A stretch of DNA of 64,000 nucleotides, from the NCBI GenBank assembly GCA_900767885.1, contig CAAGAU010000040.1, forward strand, positions 602 to 64,601. Reading direction: 5' to 3'. Position numbers and translations under genes: made by a program. This DNA is from Clostridia bacterium (GTDB lineage Bacteria > Bacillota > Clostridia > Christensenellales > Borkfalkiaceae). Below the pieces are notes generated by a model. The model saw only the letters and a list, made by a program, of their open reading frames with translations. It did not search any database and was not told the origin of the DNA. Below, in pieces: positions 36,177-47,212 of this stretch (the first letter of the stretch is position 1; every line of letters starts with the position of its first letter).

Positions 36177-37640
36177 ATGCGTTATATTGCGGCTTTGGAC
36201 GAGGGAACGACGGCTACGCGCGCCGTGCTTTTCGATTTGCAGTCCGAAAAAATTGTAAAGAGCGTAAGTGCGGAAATAAAGCAGTATTATCCGCAGCCTT
36301 CTTTTGTGGAAGAAGACGCGGAAGAGATTTATTTTAAAACGCGCGAAGTTTTAGACGAAATTTTAGACTACGCCGACGGCGACGTCGCGGGCGTGGGCGT
36401 TACCAACCAGCGCGAAACGGTGGTGGCGTGGGACGCAAAAAGCGGAAGACCGCTCTGTAACGCCATAGTTTGGCAGTGCAGGCGCACGGCGGATTTTATG
36501 GCTTCGCTCGATAAAAATACGGTTGAAACCATAAGAAAAAAGACGGGACTTTTACCCGACGCGTATTTTTCGGCGAGTAAAATCAAATGGCTTATAGATA
36601 ACGTGCCGCAGATTAAAACCAAACTCGAAAAAGGCGAGGTTTGTTTCGGCACTATAGACAGTTACCTTATTTACAGGTTTACCGACGGAAAGTCGTTCGT
36701 AACCGACGCTACGAACGCCTCCCGAACGATGTTGTTTAATATCAACACGCTTAAGTGGGACGAAGAATTGCTTGAAATTTTCGGCGTGCCGAAAAGCGCG
36801 TTGCCGACCGTAGTGCCGAGCGATTGCGTTGCGGGCGAAACAGAGTATAAAGGCAAAAAAATTCCGATTTGCGGAATAGCGGGCGATCAGCAAGCCGCCG
36901 TGGTGGGGCAATGCTGTTTTAATAAGGGCGAATGTAAAGCGACTTACGGCACGGGGTTGTTTATGCTGTGCAATACCGGCGAAAAGCCCGTTTTTTCGCA
37001 AAAAGGTTTACTTACCACAATCGCGTACAAGTTAGGCGATAGAACGGTTTACGCATTAGAAGGCAGCGTTTTCAACGCGGGCAGCACTGTTCAGTGGCTG
37101 CGCGACGGGCTTGAATTTTTCCGTCGCAGCGAGGAATGCGAAAGCCTTGCCGTTTCGGTAAAAGACAACGGCGGAGTATATCTCGTCCCCGCGTTTACGG
37201 GACTTGGCGCGCCGCACTGGTCGTCGGACGCGCGCGGAATGATTTGCGGACTTACGCGCGGCGCGGGCAAGGCTCATATAACCAGAGCCGCGCTCGAATC
37301 CATCGCTTATTCCGCCAAAGATTTAGCCGAGGTTATGCGCGGCGAAAACGGAGAAATTTCGGTTTTGCGCGTGGACGGCGGCGCGTCGGCGAATAATTTT
37401 CTGATGCAGTTTCAGGCAGACGTTCTCGGCGAAAAAGTGGATAAACCCTGTGAAAAAGAAAGTACCGCCCTCGGCGCGGTTTACCTTTGCGCGCTGGGAT
37501 TGAAAATTCTTTCTTTCGATAAAGTAGCAAAGATGAGAAAGACCGAAAAAATTTATTTTCCGCAAAAAGACGGAGAAGTATATAAAAAATATTACGACGA
37601 ATGGCTTAAAGCCGTAGAGAGGTGCGTTTATGGAAAATAA
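36177..37640 (+). CDS. glpK: Glycerol kinase
   Basis: ALDEGTTATRAVLFD, VTNQRETVVAWD, FGTIDSYLIYRFT. Confidence 0.9.
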   Translation: MRYIAALDEGTTATRAVLFDLQSEKIVKSVSAEIKQYYPQPSFVEEDAEEIYFKTREVLDEILDYADGDVAGVGVTNQRETVVAWDAKSGRPLCNAIVWQCRRTADFMASLDKNTVETIRKKTGLLPDAYFSASKIKWLIDNVPQIKTKLEKGEVCFGTIDSYLIYRFTDGKSFVTDATNASRTMLFNINTLKWDEELLEIFGVPKSALPTVVPSDCVAGETEYKGKKIPICGIAGDQQAAVVGQCCFNKGECKATYGTGLFMLCNTGEKPVFSQKGLLTTIAYKLGDRTVYALEGSVFNAGSTVQWLRDGLEFFRRSEECESLAVSVKDNGGVYLVPAFTGLGAPHWSSDARGMICGLTRGAGKAHITRAALESIAYSAKDLAEVMRGENGEISVLRVDGGASANNFLMQFQADVLGEKVDKPCEKESTALGAVYLCALGLKILSFDKVAKMRKTEKIYFPQKDGEVYKKYYDEWLKAVERCVYGK

Positions 37641-38541
37641 CAAGAAAACTTTTGAGGCGTTTGACGGCAAGGTTATATGTTACCGCGACTGGGTGCCGGA
37701 AAAACCCAAGGCGATAATTCAGGTTGTGCACGGCATGGCGGAATCGAGCGACAGATACGAAATTTTCGGCGAGTATATGAAGGAACGCGGATTTATCGTC
37801 GTTGCGGACGATCACCGCGGACACGGCGAAACCGATCCCGATCGCCGCGGCTATTGCGACGGCGATATGTTCAACGACACTATAAAGGACGTAGCCTCGC
37901 TGCAACTTGCCTATCGCGACAAATACCCCGAGTTGCCTTACTTTATATTCGGGCATAGTTACGGTTCGTTTTTAACGCAGGCGTATATCGAGCGTTACGG
38001 CGATTCTTTAAGCGGCGTTATTATAGGCGGCAGTGCATATTTAAACGACGCGTCGGTATTTTTCGGGCGCATAGTGGCAAAAATTAACTGTTTGCTCGGC
38101 AGGGCGGACAGACCCGCAAACTTTATAAAAAAACTTTCGTTCGACGCGTTTAATAAAAAATATTCCGACGGGACGACCTTTATTTCGCAGCTAAAGGACG
38201 AGTGCGATCGTTACGCCGTTTCGCCCGACTGTAATTTTACGCTGTCTTACGGGTTTTATAAGAGTTTCTTTACCGCGCTGCCCAAGATTTATAAGGCTAA
38301 AAATTATTCCGCTATACCCAAGGATTTGCCGATAATGCTCGTTGCTGGCGACGGCGATCCCGTCGGCGGTTACGGCAAACTCGTTGAAAAACTCTACGAT
38401 TTTTATCTTAACAAAGTCGGCCTTAAAAGCGTAAAAAAGGTTGTTTACGAAAAAGTACGCCACGAGTATTTAAACGATACTTCGCGTGAGAGCGTTTTAG
38501 CCGAAATGGCCGATTTTTGCGAAGGTTTATGCAAAAACTGA
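37630..38541 (+). CDS. Alpha/beta hydrolase, lysophospholipase / monoacylglycerol lipase-like
   Basis: HGMAESSDRY and nucleophile elbow GHSYGS; overlaps the glpK stop by 11 nt. Confidence 0.7.
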   Translation: MENNKKTFEAFDGKVICYRDWVPEKPKAIIQVVHGMAESSDRYEIFGEYMKERGFIVVADDHRGHGETDPDRRGYCDGDMFNDTIKDVASLQLAYRDKYPELPYFIFGHSYGSFLTQAYIERYGDSLSGVIIGGSAYLNDASVFFGRIVAKINCLLGRADRPANFIKKLSFDAFNKKYSDGTTFISQLKDECDRYAVSPDCNFTLSYGFYKSFFTALPKIYKAKNYSAIPKDLPIMLVAGDGDPVGGYGKLVEKLYDFYLNKVGLKSVKKVVYEKVRHEYLNDTSRESVLAEMADFCEGLCKN

Positions 38542-39857
38542 AACTTTCCCGAGGGGCGGAATTTATAATAAACCGTCTTACGGAAAACGGGTTTAAGGCT
38601 TATGCCGTAGGCGGTTGCGTGCGCGATTTGCTGCGCGGCAAAAACCCCGACGACTACGATATAACTTCGTCCGCCCGCCCTGAGCAAACGCTTGCCGTTT
38701 TTAAAGATTTACCCGTTTTTACCACGGGTTTAAAACACGGCACGGTTACGGTGGTGTACGAAAAAGAAAACTTTGAGGTAACCACCTTTCGTCGCGACGG
38801 AGATTATTCGGACGGCAGGCGACCCGACGAGGTCAGTTTTTCGTGCGATATTAAGGAAGATTTATCCCGCCGCGATTTTACCGTGAACGCGGCGGCGTAT
38901 AATTATACGGACGGGCTTATTGACCCGTTCGGCGCGCAATCCGATATAAAAAACGGTATTTTGCGGTGCGTCGGCGACCCGACAAAGAGGTTTGCGGAAG
39001 ATTCGCTGCGTATTTTAAGATTGGTTCGTTTTTGTTCGACGCTCGGCTTTGCCGCGGCGGCGGAAACCGCCGCCGCGGCTGAAAAACTTCGCGGCGGACT
39101 TAAAAGGGTTTCGGGCGAACGGATATTTACCGAACTTACCAAAACTATAAACGGCGCAAACGCGACCTGCGCCTTAATGCAGTTTAAGGATATAATTTTC
39201 GAGGTTCTGCCAGAACTTACCCCTTGCGATAATTTCGGTCAGAAATCGCCTTGGCACGCGTATACCGTCTACGAGCATATAGCGCGCTCGGTCGGCGCGG
39301 CCGACGGAGACGAGGCGATAAAATGGTGTATGCTTTTGCACGATTGCGGTAAACCCGAGTGTTTTACCCAAAAAGACGGAGTGGGGCATTTTTACGGACA
39401 CGCGGCTGTTTCGGCAAAAAAAGCGCAAGCCGTGTTTGCAAGATTGAAATTTTCTTCCGCGCTTAAAAAACGCGCGTTGTTTTTAATCGAAAACCACGAT
39501 TACAGGATAAACCCCGACGAAAAATCGGTTAAAAAAGTTTTGTCAAAGTGGGGTTATAGCGCGTTTTACGATATATTAAAGGTGAGGTATGCCGATAATT
39601 TCGCGCAAGGAACGTCTTTTTCGGAGCGCGAACGGAGCGTAACGGACGAACTTAAACTGATAGCCGACTGCGTGAAGGCGCGCGGCGACTGCGTAACCCT
39701 TAAAGACCTTGCTGTAAACGGCTCGGACGTAATCGCCATGGGTGCAAAGCCCGAAGAAGTCGGCAAAATTTTAAATAATGCTTTATCACAAGTGATAAGC
39801 GGCTCTATCGAAAACGACAAACAAAAACTGTCGGAATATATTAAAAGGCTTATATGA
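38529..39857 (+). CDS. cca: CCA-adding tRNA nucleotidyltransferase with HD domain
   Basis: YAVGGCVRDLLRGKNPDDYDITS. ATG 38529 preferred over the upstream TTG 38517. Confidence 0.85.
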   Translation: MQKLKLSRGAEFIINRLTENGFKAYAVGGCVRDLLRGKNPDDYDITSSARPEQTLAVFKDLPVFTTGLKHGTVTVVYEKENFEVTTFRRDGDYSDGRRPDEVSFSCDIKEDLSRRDFTVNAAAYNYTDGLIDPFGAQSDIKNGILRCVGDPTKRFAEDSLRILRLVRFCSTLGFAAAAETAAAAEKLRGGLKRVSGERIFTELTKTINGANATCALMQFKDIIFEVLPELTPCDNFGQKSPWHAYTVYEHIARSVGAADGDEAIKWCMLLHDCGKPECFTQKDGVGHFYGHAAVSAKKAQAVFARLKFSSALKKRALFLIENHDYRINPDEKSVKKVLSKWGYSAFYDILKVRYADNFAQGTSFSERERSVTDELKLIADCVKARGDCVTLKDLAVNGSDVIAMGAKPEEVGKILNNALSQVISGSIENDKQKLSEYIKRLI

Positions 39858-41677
39858 ACGAAAATCTTGCGCTTAAAATATCGATGTTGCCCGAAAACCC
39901 CGGGGTATACGTAATGCTGGATAAATTCGGCACGGTTATTTACGTCGGTAAGGCAAAAGTATTGAAAAACAGGGTAAAACAGTATTTTTACTCTAATAAA
40001 AAGCCCGAAAAAGTAGCGGCGATGGTCGCTAACATAGCCGATTTTTATTATATAATAACCACTTCCGAAATAGACGCGCTTTCGCTCGAAAACAACCTTA
40101 TAAAAAAGTACAAGCCGCACTACAACATACTTTTAAAGGACGATAAAACTTATCCGTATATAAAAGTAAATTTAAAAGAACCTTTCCCCGCGTTTTCGGT
40201 TACGCGCAAAATTAAAAGGGACAAGGCTAAATATTTCGGCCCGTTTATGGGCGGCGTGAGCGCTAAAGATACGCTCGAAATAATAAATCTCGCGTTTACC
40301 GTGCGCACCTGCTCGGTAAAAATCGACCCCGAAAAGCCGCATAAGGAATGTCTTAACTATCACCTTAAAAAGTGCCTTGCGCCGTGCGCGGGCAAAGTGA
40401 GCGAAAAAGAGTACGACGAGCGCGTTAAAGATGCGATAGACTTTTTGTCGGGCAGCGACGAGAGCGTGGAGAAAATTCTTACCGAAAAAATGCGTAAGTT
40501 TTCCGAATTAGAGGAGTTCGAACTGGCTATGTCCTATCGCGACAAACTCAAAATGCTCGAAAAAATCAAGTTGAAACGCATAACCGCTTTGAACAGATTT
40601 GTCGATATGGATATAATCGGTACTGCCACAAACGGTATTTACAGCAGCGCGAACGTGTTGTTTATTCGCGGCGGAAGAATGCAGGGCGGCAAAAATTTCG
40701 CCCTCGAGGATGCTTCCGAAAGCGGCGGCGAACGCATACGCGGATTTATTTCGGGGTATTATTCCACGGGTGCGGAGATGCCCGACGAAATTCTGATAAG
40801 CGAGGAATTCGACGATATAAAGGCGACGGAAGATTACCTTTTGGCCGCTTACGGCAAGTCGGTTAAAATTTATGCGCCGCAAAAAGGCGTAAAAAAACAA
40901 CTCACCGATATGGCTAAAAAGAACGCCGAAGATTACCTTGAAAAAGAGATTGACAAGATAAAACACAAGGACGATATGACCGTGGTCGCGTGCAAACGGC
41001 TTAAACAGATTTTGTCGCTTAAACGCTACCCCAGGCGTATGGAATGTTACGATATTTCGCATATAAGCGGCGTTGATAAGGTCGGCTCGATGGTGGTGTT
41101 TATCGACGGCGAACCCGATAAATCGTCTTATAGGCGGTTTAAAATAAAAACCGTAGAGGGCAACAACGACTTTGCCTGTTTAAAAGAAGTGTTAAAACGC
41201 CGCCTTGAAAAACTCGGCGGCGACGAAGAAGAAAAATTCCCTCGCCCGGATCTTATCATAATCGACGGCGGTAAAGGGCAGCTTTCGAGCGTAAAGGCGG
41301 TTTTCGACGAAATGGGTTGCGATATAGACCTTATTTCGCTTGCCAAACGCGAAGAGGAGATATATACTGTATACGATAACGAGCCGATTGTTTTGTCGCA
41401 CAGGGATTATTGCCTTAAAACTTTGCAGCGGATCCGCGACGAGGCGCACAGATTTGCCATAACCTATCACAGAGCCACGCATTTAAAACATAACCTTTTA
41501 TCGGAGTTATCCCGTATAGAGGGAGTGGGCGCGGTTAAGCGCAAGGCGTTAATGGATAAATTCGGCACTGTCGAAAACATAAAAAGAGCGAGCGAAGAGG
41601 AACTTTCCGAAGTTGCCGGTATAGGCCCGACGCTTGCGCGAACAATAAAGGAGCAAATGAATAAAGATGAAGAATAA
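39854..41677 (+). CDS. uvrC: Excinuclease ABC subunit C
   Basis: GIY-YIG motif GVYVMLDKFGTVIYVGKAKVLKNRVKQYF; C-terminal HhH; ATGA overlap with cca. Confidence 0.9.
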   Translation: MNENLALKISMLPENPGVYVMLDKFGTVIYVGKAKVLKNRVKQYFYSNKKPEKVAAMVANIADFYYIITTSEIDALSLENNLIKKYKPHYNILLKDDKTYPYIKVNLKEPFPAFSVTRKIKRDKAKYFGPFMGGVSAKDTLEIINLAFTVRTCSVKIDPEKPHKECLNYHLKKCLAPCAGKVSEKEYDERVKDAIDFLSGSDESVEKILTEKMRKFSELEEFELAMSYRDKLKMLEKIKLKRITALNRFVDMDIIGTATNGIYSSANVLFIRGGRMQGGKNFALEDASESGGERIRGFISGYYSTGAEMPDEILISEEFDDIKATEDYLLAAYGKSVKIYAPQKGVKKQLTDMAKKNAEDYLEKEIDKIKHKDDMTVVACKRLKQILSLKRYPRRMECYDISHISGVDKVGSMVVFIDGEPDKSSYRRFKIKTVEGNNDFACLKEVLKRRLEKLGGDEEEKFPRPDLIIIDGGKGQLSSVKAVFDEMGCDIDLISLAKREEEIYTVYDNEPIVLSHRDYCLKTLQRIRDEAHRFAITYHRATHLKHNLLSELSRIEGVGAVKRKALMDKFGTVENIKRASEEELSEVAGIGPTLARTIKEQMNKDEE

Positions 41678-42614
41678 GACGGTTACCGCACCTTACGAAA
41701 CGGTAGGAGTAAAAAGTTTTGCCAAGGACCTCGGCCTTGAAATAGTGTACGAGGGCAGGGGCGATATGAAGTTGTCGTCGATAAGCGTGTCCCGCCCGGG
41801 GTTGTTGCTTTCGGGATATTACGAGCATTTCGACAATACGCGTATCGAGGTAATGGGTCATGCCGAAAACGAATACGTCGCCGCGCTTAAAACCGAACGC
41901 AGAATGCAGGTTTTGGAGGAACTTTTCAAACGGGACATTCCCTGCCTTATAATTTCGCGTAACCTTAGTTTTCCCGAAGAAACTTTTGCTATGGCGCAAA
42001 AATATAAGTGTCCGCTTTTCCGTTCGCCCAAAATCACCACGGTGCTTATCAACGATCTCACCGCTTATCAGAGCGAACTGCTCGCGCCTACCGAGGTCGT
42101 GCACGGCGTTTTGATGGACGTTTCGGGTATAGGCATTTTAATTACGGGTAAGTCGGGCGTAGGTAAAAGCGAAATCGCGCTGGAACTTATCAGCCGCGGA
42201 CACCGGCTCGTTGCCGACGACAGCGTTATCATCAAGAACATAAACGACCAACTTATAGGCAAGTCGCCCGAAAAGATACGGTACTTTATGGAGATCCGCG
42301 GTATAGGCATAATAAACATTCAGCAGATGTTCGGTCCGGGGTCTATCCGCCCGTCGGAAGCGATAGATATTATCGCCGAACTCTCCCCGTGGGAAGAAGG
42401 AAAGAATTACGACCGTATAGGTACGGAGGAAACTTACGAAAACGTACTCGGTATAGACAGATTGAAAGTGGTTATACCCGTTACTCCGGGAAGAAATATA
42501 CCCGTAGTTCTCGAAACCGCCGCGAGGAAGTACCGCTTAAAGCAGGCCGGTTACGACCCTGCGAAGGCTCTTATCGAAAGCGTTTTCGGCGCTGCCGACG
42601 ACGAAGAAAAATAA
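41667..42614 (+). CDS. hprK: HPr kinase/phosphorylase
   Basis: Walker A GKSGVGKSEIALELISRGHRLVADD. Confidence 0.9.
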   Translation: MKNKTVTAPYETVGVKSFAKDLGLEIVYEGRGDMKLSSISVSRPGLLLSGYYEHFDNTRIEVMGHAENEYVAALKTERRMQVLEELFKRDIPCLIISRNLSFPEETFAMAQKYKCPLFRSPKITTVLINDLTAYQSELLAPTEVVHGVLMDVSGIGILITGKSGVGKSEIALELISRGHRLVADDSVIIKNINDQLIGKSPEKIRYFMEIRGIGIINIQQMFGPGSIRPSEAIDIIAELSPWEEGKNYDRIGTEETYENVLGIDRLKVVIPVTPGRNIPVVLETAARKYRLKQAGYDPAKALIESVFGAADDEEK

Positions 42615-42624
42615 TTTTAAAAAT

Positions 42625-42663
42625 AACGCGGCGGGCGCACCTTTCGGGTGCGTCCGCCGCGTT
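42625..42663. terminator. Bidirectional terminator between hprK and the HIT gene
   Basis: AACGCGGCGGGCGCACC / GGTGCGTCCGCCGCGTT stem (one G-U pair). Confidence 0.75.
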
Positions 42664-42668
42664 TTAAA

Positions 42669-43010
42669 TTATGCGGGTTGCCAGCCCATTTTTTGACCGG
42701 ACAAGATATGTATATGCAGGTGCGGCACGGTCTGTCCCGCGTCGTCGCCCTGGTTTATTACCAGTCTGTAGCCGCCGCCGAGTTCCAACTCGTCTTTAAG
42801 CGACGATATTTTTTTCATTATTCTGCCCAGCGTTATTTCGTCCTCTTCGCTCATTTCGGCAAGATATTTAAAATGCTTTTTGGGTATGCCCAAAAAATGA
42901 TTTCTGGCTTGCGGATTTATATCTCTTATTATAATAAAATCCTCGTCCTCGTAAACTTTGTTTACGGGGATTTCGCCTTTTACGAATTTACAAAACAAAC
43001 AATCTTCCAT
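42669..43010 (-). CDS. HIT family (histidine triad) nucleotide hydrolase/transferase
   Basis: HLHIHIL histidine triad; 113 aa. Confidence 0.85.
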   Translation of the reverse strand: MEDCLFCKFVKGEIPVNKVYEDEDFIIIRDINPQARNHFLGIPKKHFKYLAEMSEEDEITLGRIMKKISSLKDELELGGGYRLVINQGDDAGQTVPHLHIHILSGQKMGWQPA

Positions 43011-43012
43011 AA

Positions 43013-43471
43013 CTAAAACTCCAGAATTTTATCGTCCGCGCCGCTCCAGGAATAAACCTTTGCGCTTACGCCGCCGTTATTTAAAAATTTAAGCACTTTT
43101 TCCGCAGATTCGCTATTGCCGCCCGCGTACCACAGCGCAAAATTTTCCTTATTGCTTATATCCGTAGTCGGCTTTTCTCTCGAACCGCCCATTACGGGTT
43201 TTCCGCCGTAAAAAATTTCCACGGCTACCAGTTTACCGTTCAGAAACTTTTCAGCGTGAATTGCCGCCGCCTCGTAATCGTCGTAAGAAAACCTCGCGGT
43301 CTGGTAGGTAAATTCCATAGTGAACACTTCGTCGTAAAAAGCGAACGCCATATCGTTTAAAGAATACGGGTTTTTAACACCTATGAATTTGTCCCCGTTA
43401 AAGTCGAGTATTTTCGCGCCGTAGCCGCTTAATTTTTTCGCTAAATAATTTATAACTTCTTGCTTTTCCAT
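43013..43471 (-). CDS. Hypothetical protein (152 aa), probably translated from a leaderless mRNA
   Basis: ATG 43471 lies 7 nt after a consensus promoter. The track's upstream GTG 43534 has no RBS. No recognisable domain. Confidence 0.5.
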   Translation of the reverse strand: MEKQEVINYLAKKLSGYGAKILDFNGDKFIGVKNPYSLNDMAFAFYDEVFTMEFTYQTARFSYDDYEAAAIHAEKFLNGKLVAVEIFYGGKPVMGGSREKPTTDISNKENFALWYAGGNSESAEKVLKFLNNGGVSAKVYSWSGADDKILEF

Positions 43472-43478
43472 CGTAATT

Positions 43479-43507
43479 ATTTTACCATTGCCGTCGGTCG
43501 TTGTCAA
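43479..43507 (-). promoter_or_regulatory. Sigma-A promoter placing the TSS at the ATG (leaderless)
   Basis: Minus strand: TTGACA (43507-43502), 17-bp spacer, TAAAAT (43484-43479), 7 nt, ATG (43471). Confidence 0.55.
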
Positions 43508-43669
43508 GCGGAAACAAGAATTTAATAAATTCACAAAAATTTTTTAAAAAATGTTGCTTTTGCAATAGATAAATTTTATTTATTATGTTATACTGTATTC
43601 ACTCATTTATTTTTGTGGGCGAAAAAGTCGGCGCAAAAATACTGATTTTATAAACGGGAGGTTTATTAA

Positions 43670-45892
43670 ATGGACGCTTGGAGAGGATTTAAAAACGGAA
43701 TTTATCAGACGCAGATAGACGTAAGAAACTTTATACAAACGAACTATACGCCTTACGAGGGCGATTCCTCGTTTCTGGCGGGAGCGACGGAAAGAACCAA
43801 AGCCTTGATGAAAAAGGTAAACGCTCTGCTTAAAGAGGAGCAGGATAAGGGCGGGGTTTTATCGATCGATACCGAGCGCGTATCCACGCTCACCGCGTAC
43901 CCCGCGGGTTATATAGACAAGGATAACGAAATTATAGTCGGCGTACAGACGGACGAGCCGCTTAAACGCGGAGTAAATCCGTTTGGCGGTATGCGTATGG
44001 CGCGCAGCGCGTGCGAGCAGTACGGCTATAAACTTTCGGATAAAATCGAGGACGAATTCAAATATAAAACCACTCATAACGACGGCGTGTTCGCGGTTTA
44101 TACCGACGATATGCGCGCGGCTCGCCACGTGGGACTTTTAACCGGTTTGCCCGACGCTTACGGCAGGGGCAGGATTATAGGCGATTACAGAAGAGTCGCG
44201 CTCTACGGCGTGGATTTTCTTATAGCGCAAAAGCAGGAATCGCGTAAGGCGATGGGTAAACTCGACATGACCGAGGATAATATCCGCGCTCTCGAAGAAA
44301 TTCACGATCAGATAGTCGCTTTGGGCGAACTCAAAAAAATGGCGGAAATCTACGGCTACGATATATCTTTGCCCGCGACCAACGCTCGCGAGGCGGTGCA
44401 GTGGACTTATTTCGGTTATCTTGCCGCTATTAAGGAGCAGAACGGCGCGGCGATGAGCCTCGGCAGAGTGTCTACTTTCCTCGATATTTACTTTGAACGC
44501 GATTTGCGCGAGGGTACTCTTACCGAAAGTCAGGCGCAGGAGATTATGGATGATTTCGTTATAAAACTCCGTATAACCCGCCAACTTCGCACGCCCGAAT
44601 ACAACGATCTTTTCGGCGGCGACCCGACATGGACTACCGAGTCCGTCGGCGGTATGGGCGAGGACGGCAGAACGCTCGTAACCAAAAACTCCTACCGTAT
44701 GCTCAACACGCTTTACAATCTCGGAGCCGCGCCGGAACCAAACCTTACGGTACTCTGGTCGCAAAATCTGCCCGAGGCGTTTAAAAAGTTCTGTGCGAGA
44801 GTTTCGGTGGATACCGACTCCATTCAATACGAAAACGACGACGTTATGCGCCCCGTTTACGGCGACGATTATTCTATCGCGTGCTGCGTTTCGGCAATGA
44901 AAACGGGCAAGCAAATGCAGTTTTTCGGCGCGAGATGTAACCTTGCAAAACTCCTGCTGTTCACGCTTAACGGCGGTAAGGACGAGCGTTACGCCATGCA
45001 GGTCGCGCCCGAAGGCAAGGTGTTTACGGGCAAACTCGATTATGCGGAAGTTATGGCTGCGTTCAGACAGTACCGCAAATGGCTTTGCAAACTTTACGTA
45101 AACACGCTTAACGTTATACATTATATGCACGATAAGTACGCTTACGAGAAAATTCAGATGGCTTTGCACGACGACGAAGTAGAGCGTTTTCTCGCGTGCG
45201 GCGTTGCGGGACTTTCGGTTATAACCGACTCTTTATCCGCCATAAAATACGCCGAAGTTACACCCGTAATAGGCGATAACGGTCTTATAACCGACTTTAT
45301 CGTAAAAGGCGACTTCCCAAAATACGGCAACGACGACGACCGCGCGGATAAAATCGCGGTGGAAATTTTAAAGGGCTTTGAAGAGGACCTTAAAGAAACC
45401 CCCGCTTATCGCGGCGCAAAACATACGCTTTCGGTGCTTACCATTACTTCCAACGTGGTATACGGCAAAAAGACGGGTTCTACGCCCGACGGAAGAAAAG
45501 CGGGCGAACCGTTTGCTCCAGGCGCGAATCCGATGCACGGCAGAGATATGAGCGGCGCGCTTGCATCGCTTAACTCGGTTGCGAAAATTCCTTACGAAAT
45601 TTGCCGCGACGGTATATCCAACACCTTCTCGATAGTTCCATCCGCGCTCGGCGGAACGGACGACGAACGCGCCGAAAACCTCGTGGACATGCTCGACGGT
45701 TATTTCGCGCAGAACGCGCATCACTTAAACGTGAACGTTATAGACAGAAAGAAACTCGAACTTGCTATGGAACACCCCGAACTTTACCCGAATATAACCA
45801 TAAGGGTTTCGGGCTACGCGGTAAACTTCCATAAGCTTAGCAGAGCGCACCAACTCGAAGTGCTTAAACGGACTTATCATGACCGTGTGTAA
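43670..45892 (+). CDS. pflB: Formate C-acetyltransferase (pyruvate formate-lyase)
   Basis: Glycyl-radical motif RVSGYAVNF; active-site ACCVSAMK; 740 aa. Confidence 0.9.
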   Translation: MDAWRGFKNGIYQTQIDVRNFIQTNYTPYEGDSSFLAGATERTKALMKKVNALLKEEQDKGGVLSIDTERVSTLTAYPAGYIDKDNEIIVGVQTDEPLKRGVNPFGGMRMARSACEQYGYKLSDKIEDEFKYKTTHNDGVFAVYTDDMRAARHVGLLTGLPDAYGRGRIIGDYRRVALYGVDFLIAQKQESRKAMGKLDMTEDNIRALEEIHDQIVALGELKKMAEIYGYDISLPATNAREAVQWTYFGYLAAIKEQNGAAMSLGRVSTFLDIYFERDLREGTLTESQAQEIMDDFVIKLRITRQLRTPEYNDLFGGDPTWTTESVGGMGEDGRTLVTKNSYRMLNTLYNLGAAPEPNLTVLWSQNLPEAFKKFCARVSVDTDSIQYENDDVMRPVYGDDYSIACCVSAMKTGKQMQFFGARCNLAKLLLFTLNGGKDERYAMQVAPEGKVFTGKLDYAEVMAAFRQYRKWLCKLYVNTLNVIHYMHDKYAYEKIQMALHDDEVERFLACGVAGLSVITDSLSAIKYAEVTPVIGDNGLITDFIVKGDFPKYGNDDDRADKIAVEILKGFEEDLKETPAYRGAKHTLSVLTITSNVVYGKKTGSTPDGRKAGEPFAPGANPMHGRDMSGALASLNSVAKIPYEICRDGISNTFSIVPSALGGTDDERAENLVDMLDGYFAQNAHHLNVNVIDRKKLELAMEHPELYPNITIRVSGYAVNFHKLSRAHQLEVLKRTYHDRV

Positions 45893-46547
45893 CGGGTTTA
45901 TAGACTCGGTTTATTGCGGTTCCGGGGTGGACGGCAAAGGCTTGCGCGTAGTCGTGTTTTTATGCGGTTGCAACCTGCGCTGCAAGTTTTGCCATAACCC
46001 CGAAACGCTCTATAAAAAGGGTAACGAGGTTACCGCGGAAGAGGTATACGAAAAGTGCTTAAAGTATAAAGCCTATATCCGCCGCGGCGGAGTTACGCTT
46101 TCGGGCGGCGAACCGTTTTTGCAGAAAGAATTTTGTCTGGAACTTATAAAGTTGCTGCATAGCGCGGATATCCACGTTTTAACCGAAACCAACGGTCAGA
46201 TCGCCGACGAGGAACTTATCATCGCGAACGACGGGTTTATTGTAGACGTAAAAAATCAGGAAACGGACGATCTTGCCGCATACGATAAATTTTTGAGTTT
46301 ATGCGATAAGTTTAAAAAGCCCGTTACTCTGACCAACGTGCTTATACCCGAAGTGAACGGAGATAAGCAAAAAATACGCGCTTTAAGCGGGTTGAAAGAT
46401 CGCCACGAATGCGTGGAGAAAATAAAGTTTTTGCCTTTTCATAAAATGTGCGCGGAGAAATACGAGCGGCTCGGGGAGGAGTTTTTATATTCCGACAAGC
46501 GTGAGCCTGCGGACGAAGACATTTCCGCCGCTTACGAAAATTTATAA
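45879..46547 (+). CDS. pflA: Pyruvate formate-lyase activating enzyme (radical SAM)
   Basis: [12 protein letters not shown] CxxxCxxC motif; overlaps the pflB 3' end. Confidence 0.85.
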   Translation: MTVCNGFIDSVYCGSGVDGKGLRVVVFLCGCNLRCKFCHNPETLYKKGNEVTAEEVYEKCLKYKAYIRRGGVTLSGGEPFLQKEFCLELIKLLHSADIHVLTETNGQIADEELIIANDGFIVDVKNQETDDLAAYDKFLSLCDKFKKPVTLTNVLIPEVNGDKQKIRALSGLKDRHECVEKIKFLPFHKMCAEKYERLGEEFLYSDKREPADEDISAAYENL

Positions 46548-46559
46548 CGATTTAAAAAA

Positions 46560-46598
46560 GAGCGGGTCGCGTTTTTTTACGCGTCCGCTCGTTTTTTT
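46560..46598 (+). terminator. Rho-independent terminator after pflA
   Basis: GAGCGG...CCGCTC stem followed by 7 T. Confidence 0.65.
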
Positions 46599-46681
46599 CG
46601 GCGGCGCGGCGGTGCTTTACGGCTTTTTCGGCAAAAATTTTAAAAATCTTTGTAAATATCGGGTTATTGCCTTAAAAAAGG

Positions 46682-46710
46682 TTGACGGAAAATATAAAAT
46701 TTGCTAAAAT
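46682..46710 (+). promoter_or_regulatory. Sigma-A promoter of the str operon
   Basis: TTGACG, 17-bp spacer, TAAAAT; ~125-nt leader before rpsL. Confidence 0.6.
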
Positions 46711-46840
46711 TATCTTATGGTATTCCCGATCGTAGGGCGAAGTATGCCCTCTCGCATTGAGGAACGCTTTATTTTGCTTTCTTTAAACGAAATAGGGTTT
46801 TCGTTTTTAAGAATATTCCACTACTATAAGGAGGTAAAAA

Positions 46841-47212
46841 ATGCCAACTATCAACCAACTCATCAAGAGCGGAAGAGTAACGGCTAAGGAAAAGAGCAAG
46901 GCTCCCATCATGGGCAACTGCCCTCAGAAAAGAGGCGTCTGCCTTTCGGTTACCACTACTTCTCCCAAAAAGCCTAACTCCGCACTCCGCAAAATCGCAA
47001 GAGTTCGTCTGACCAACAAGCAGGAAGGTACGGTTTACATTCCCGGCGAAGGACACAACCTTCAGGAACACAGTTCCGTGCTTATTCGCGGCGGCAGGGT
47101 CAGAGATTTGCCCGGCGTAAGATACCACATTATTCGCGGTACTCTCGATACGGCAGGCGTTGCCAAGAGAAAACAGGCAAGAAGCAAATACGGCGCGAAA
47201 CGCCCCAAATAA
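46841..47212 (+). CDS. rpsL: 30S ribosomal protein S12
   Basis: MPTINQLIK...[10 protein letters not shown]. Confidence 0.97.
   Translation: MPTINQLIKSGRVTAKEKSKAPIMGNCPQKRGVCLSVTTTSPKKPNSALRKIARVRLTNKQEGTVYIPGEGHNLQEHSSVLIRGGRVRDLPGVRYHIIRGTLDTAGVAKRKQARSKYGAKRPK

Noticed and set aside
43555-43580. TGCAAT-containing sequence upstream of pflB as another operator copy
   Set aside because: It is a single core without the A-rich TATAAAA flank or a 21-bp partner, so it is probably chance in AT-rich DNA.
44138-45169. 343-aa ORF on the minus strand
   Set aside because: It is antisense to pflB. It is a shadow ORF with no RBS.
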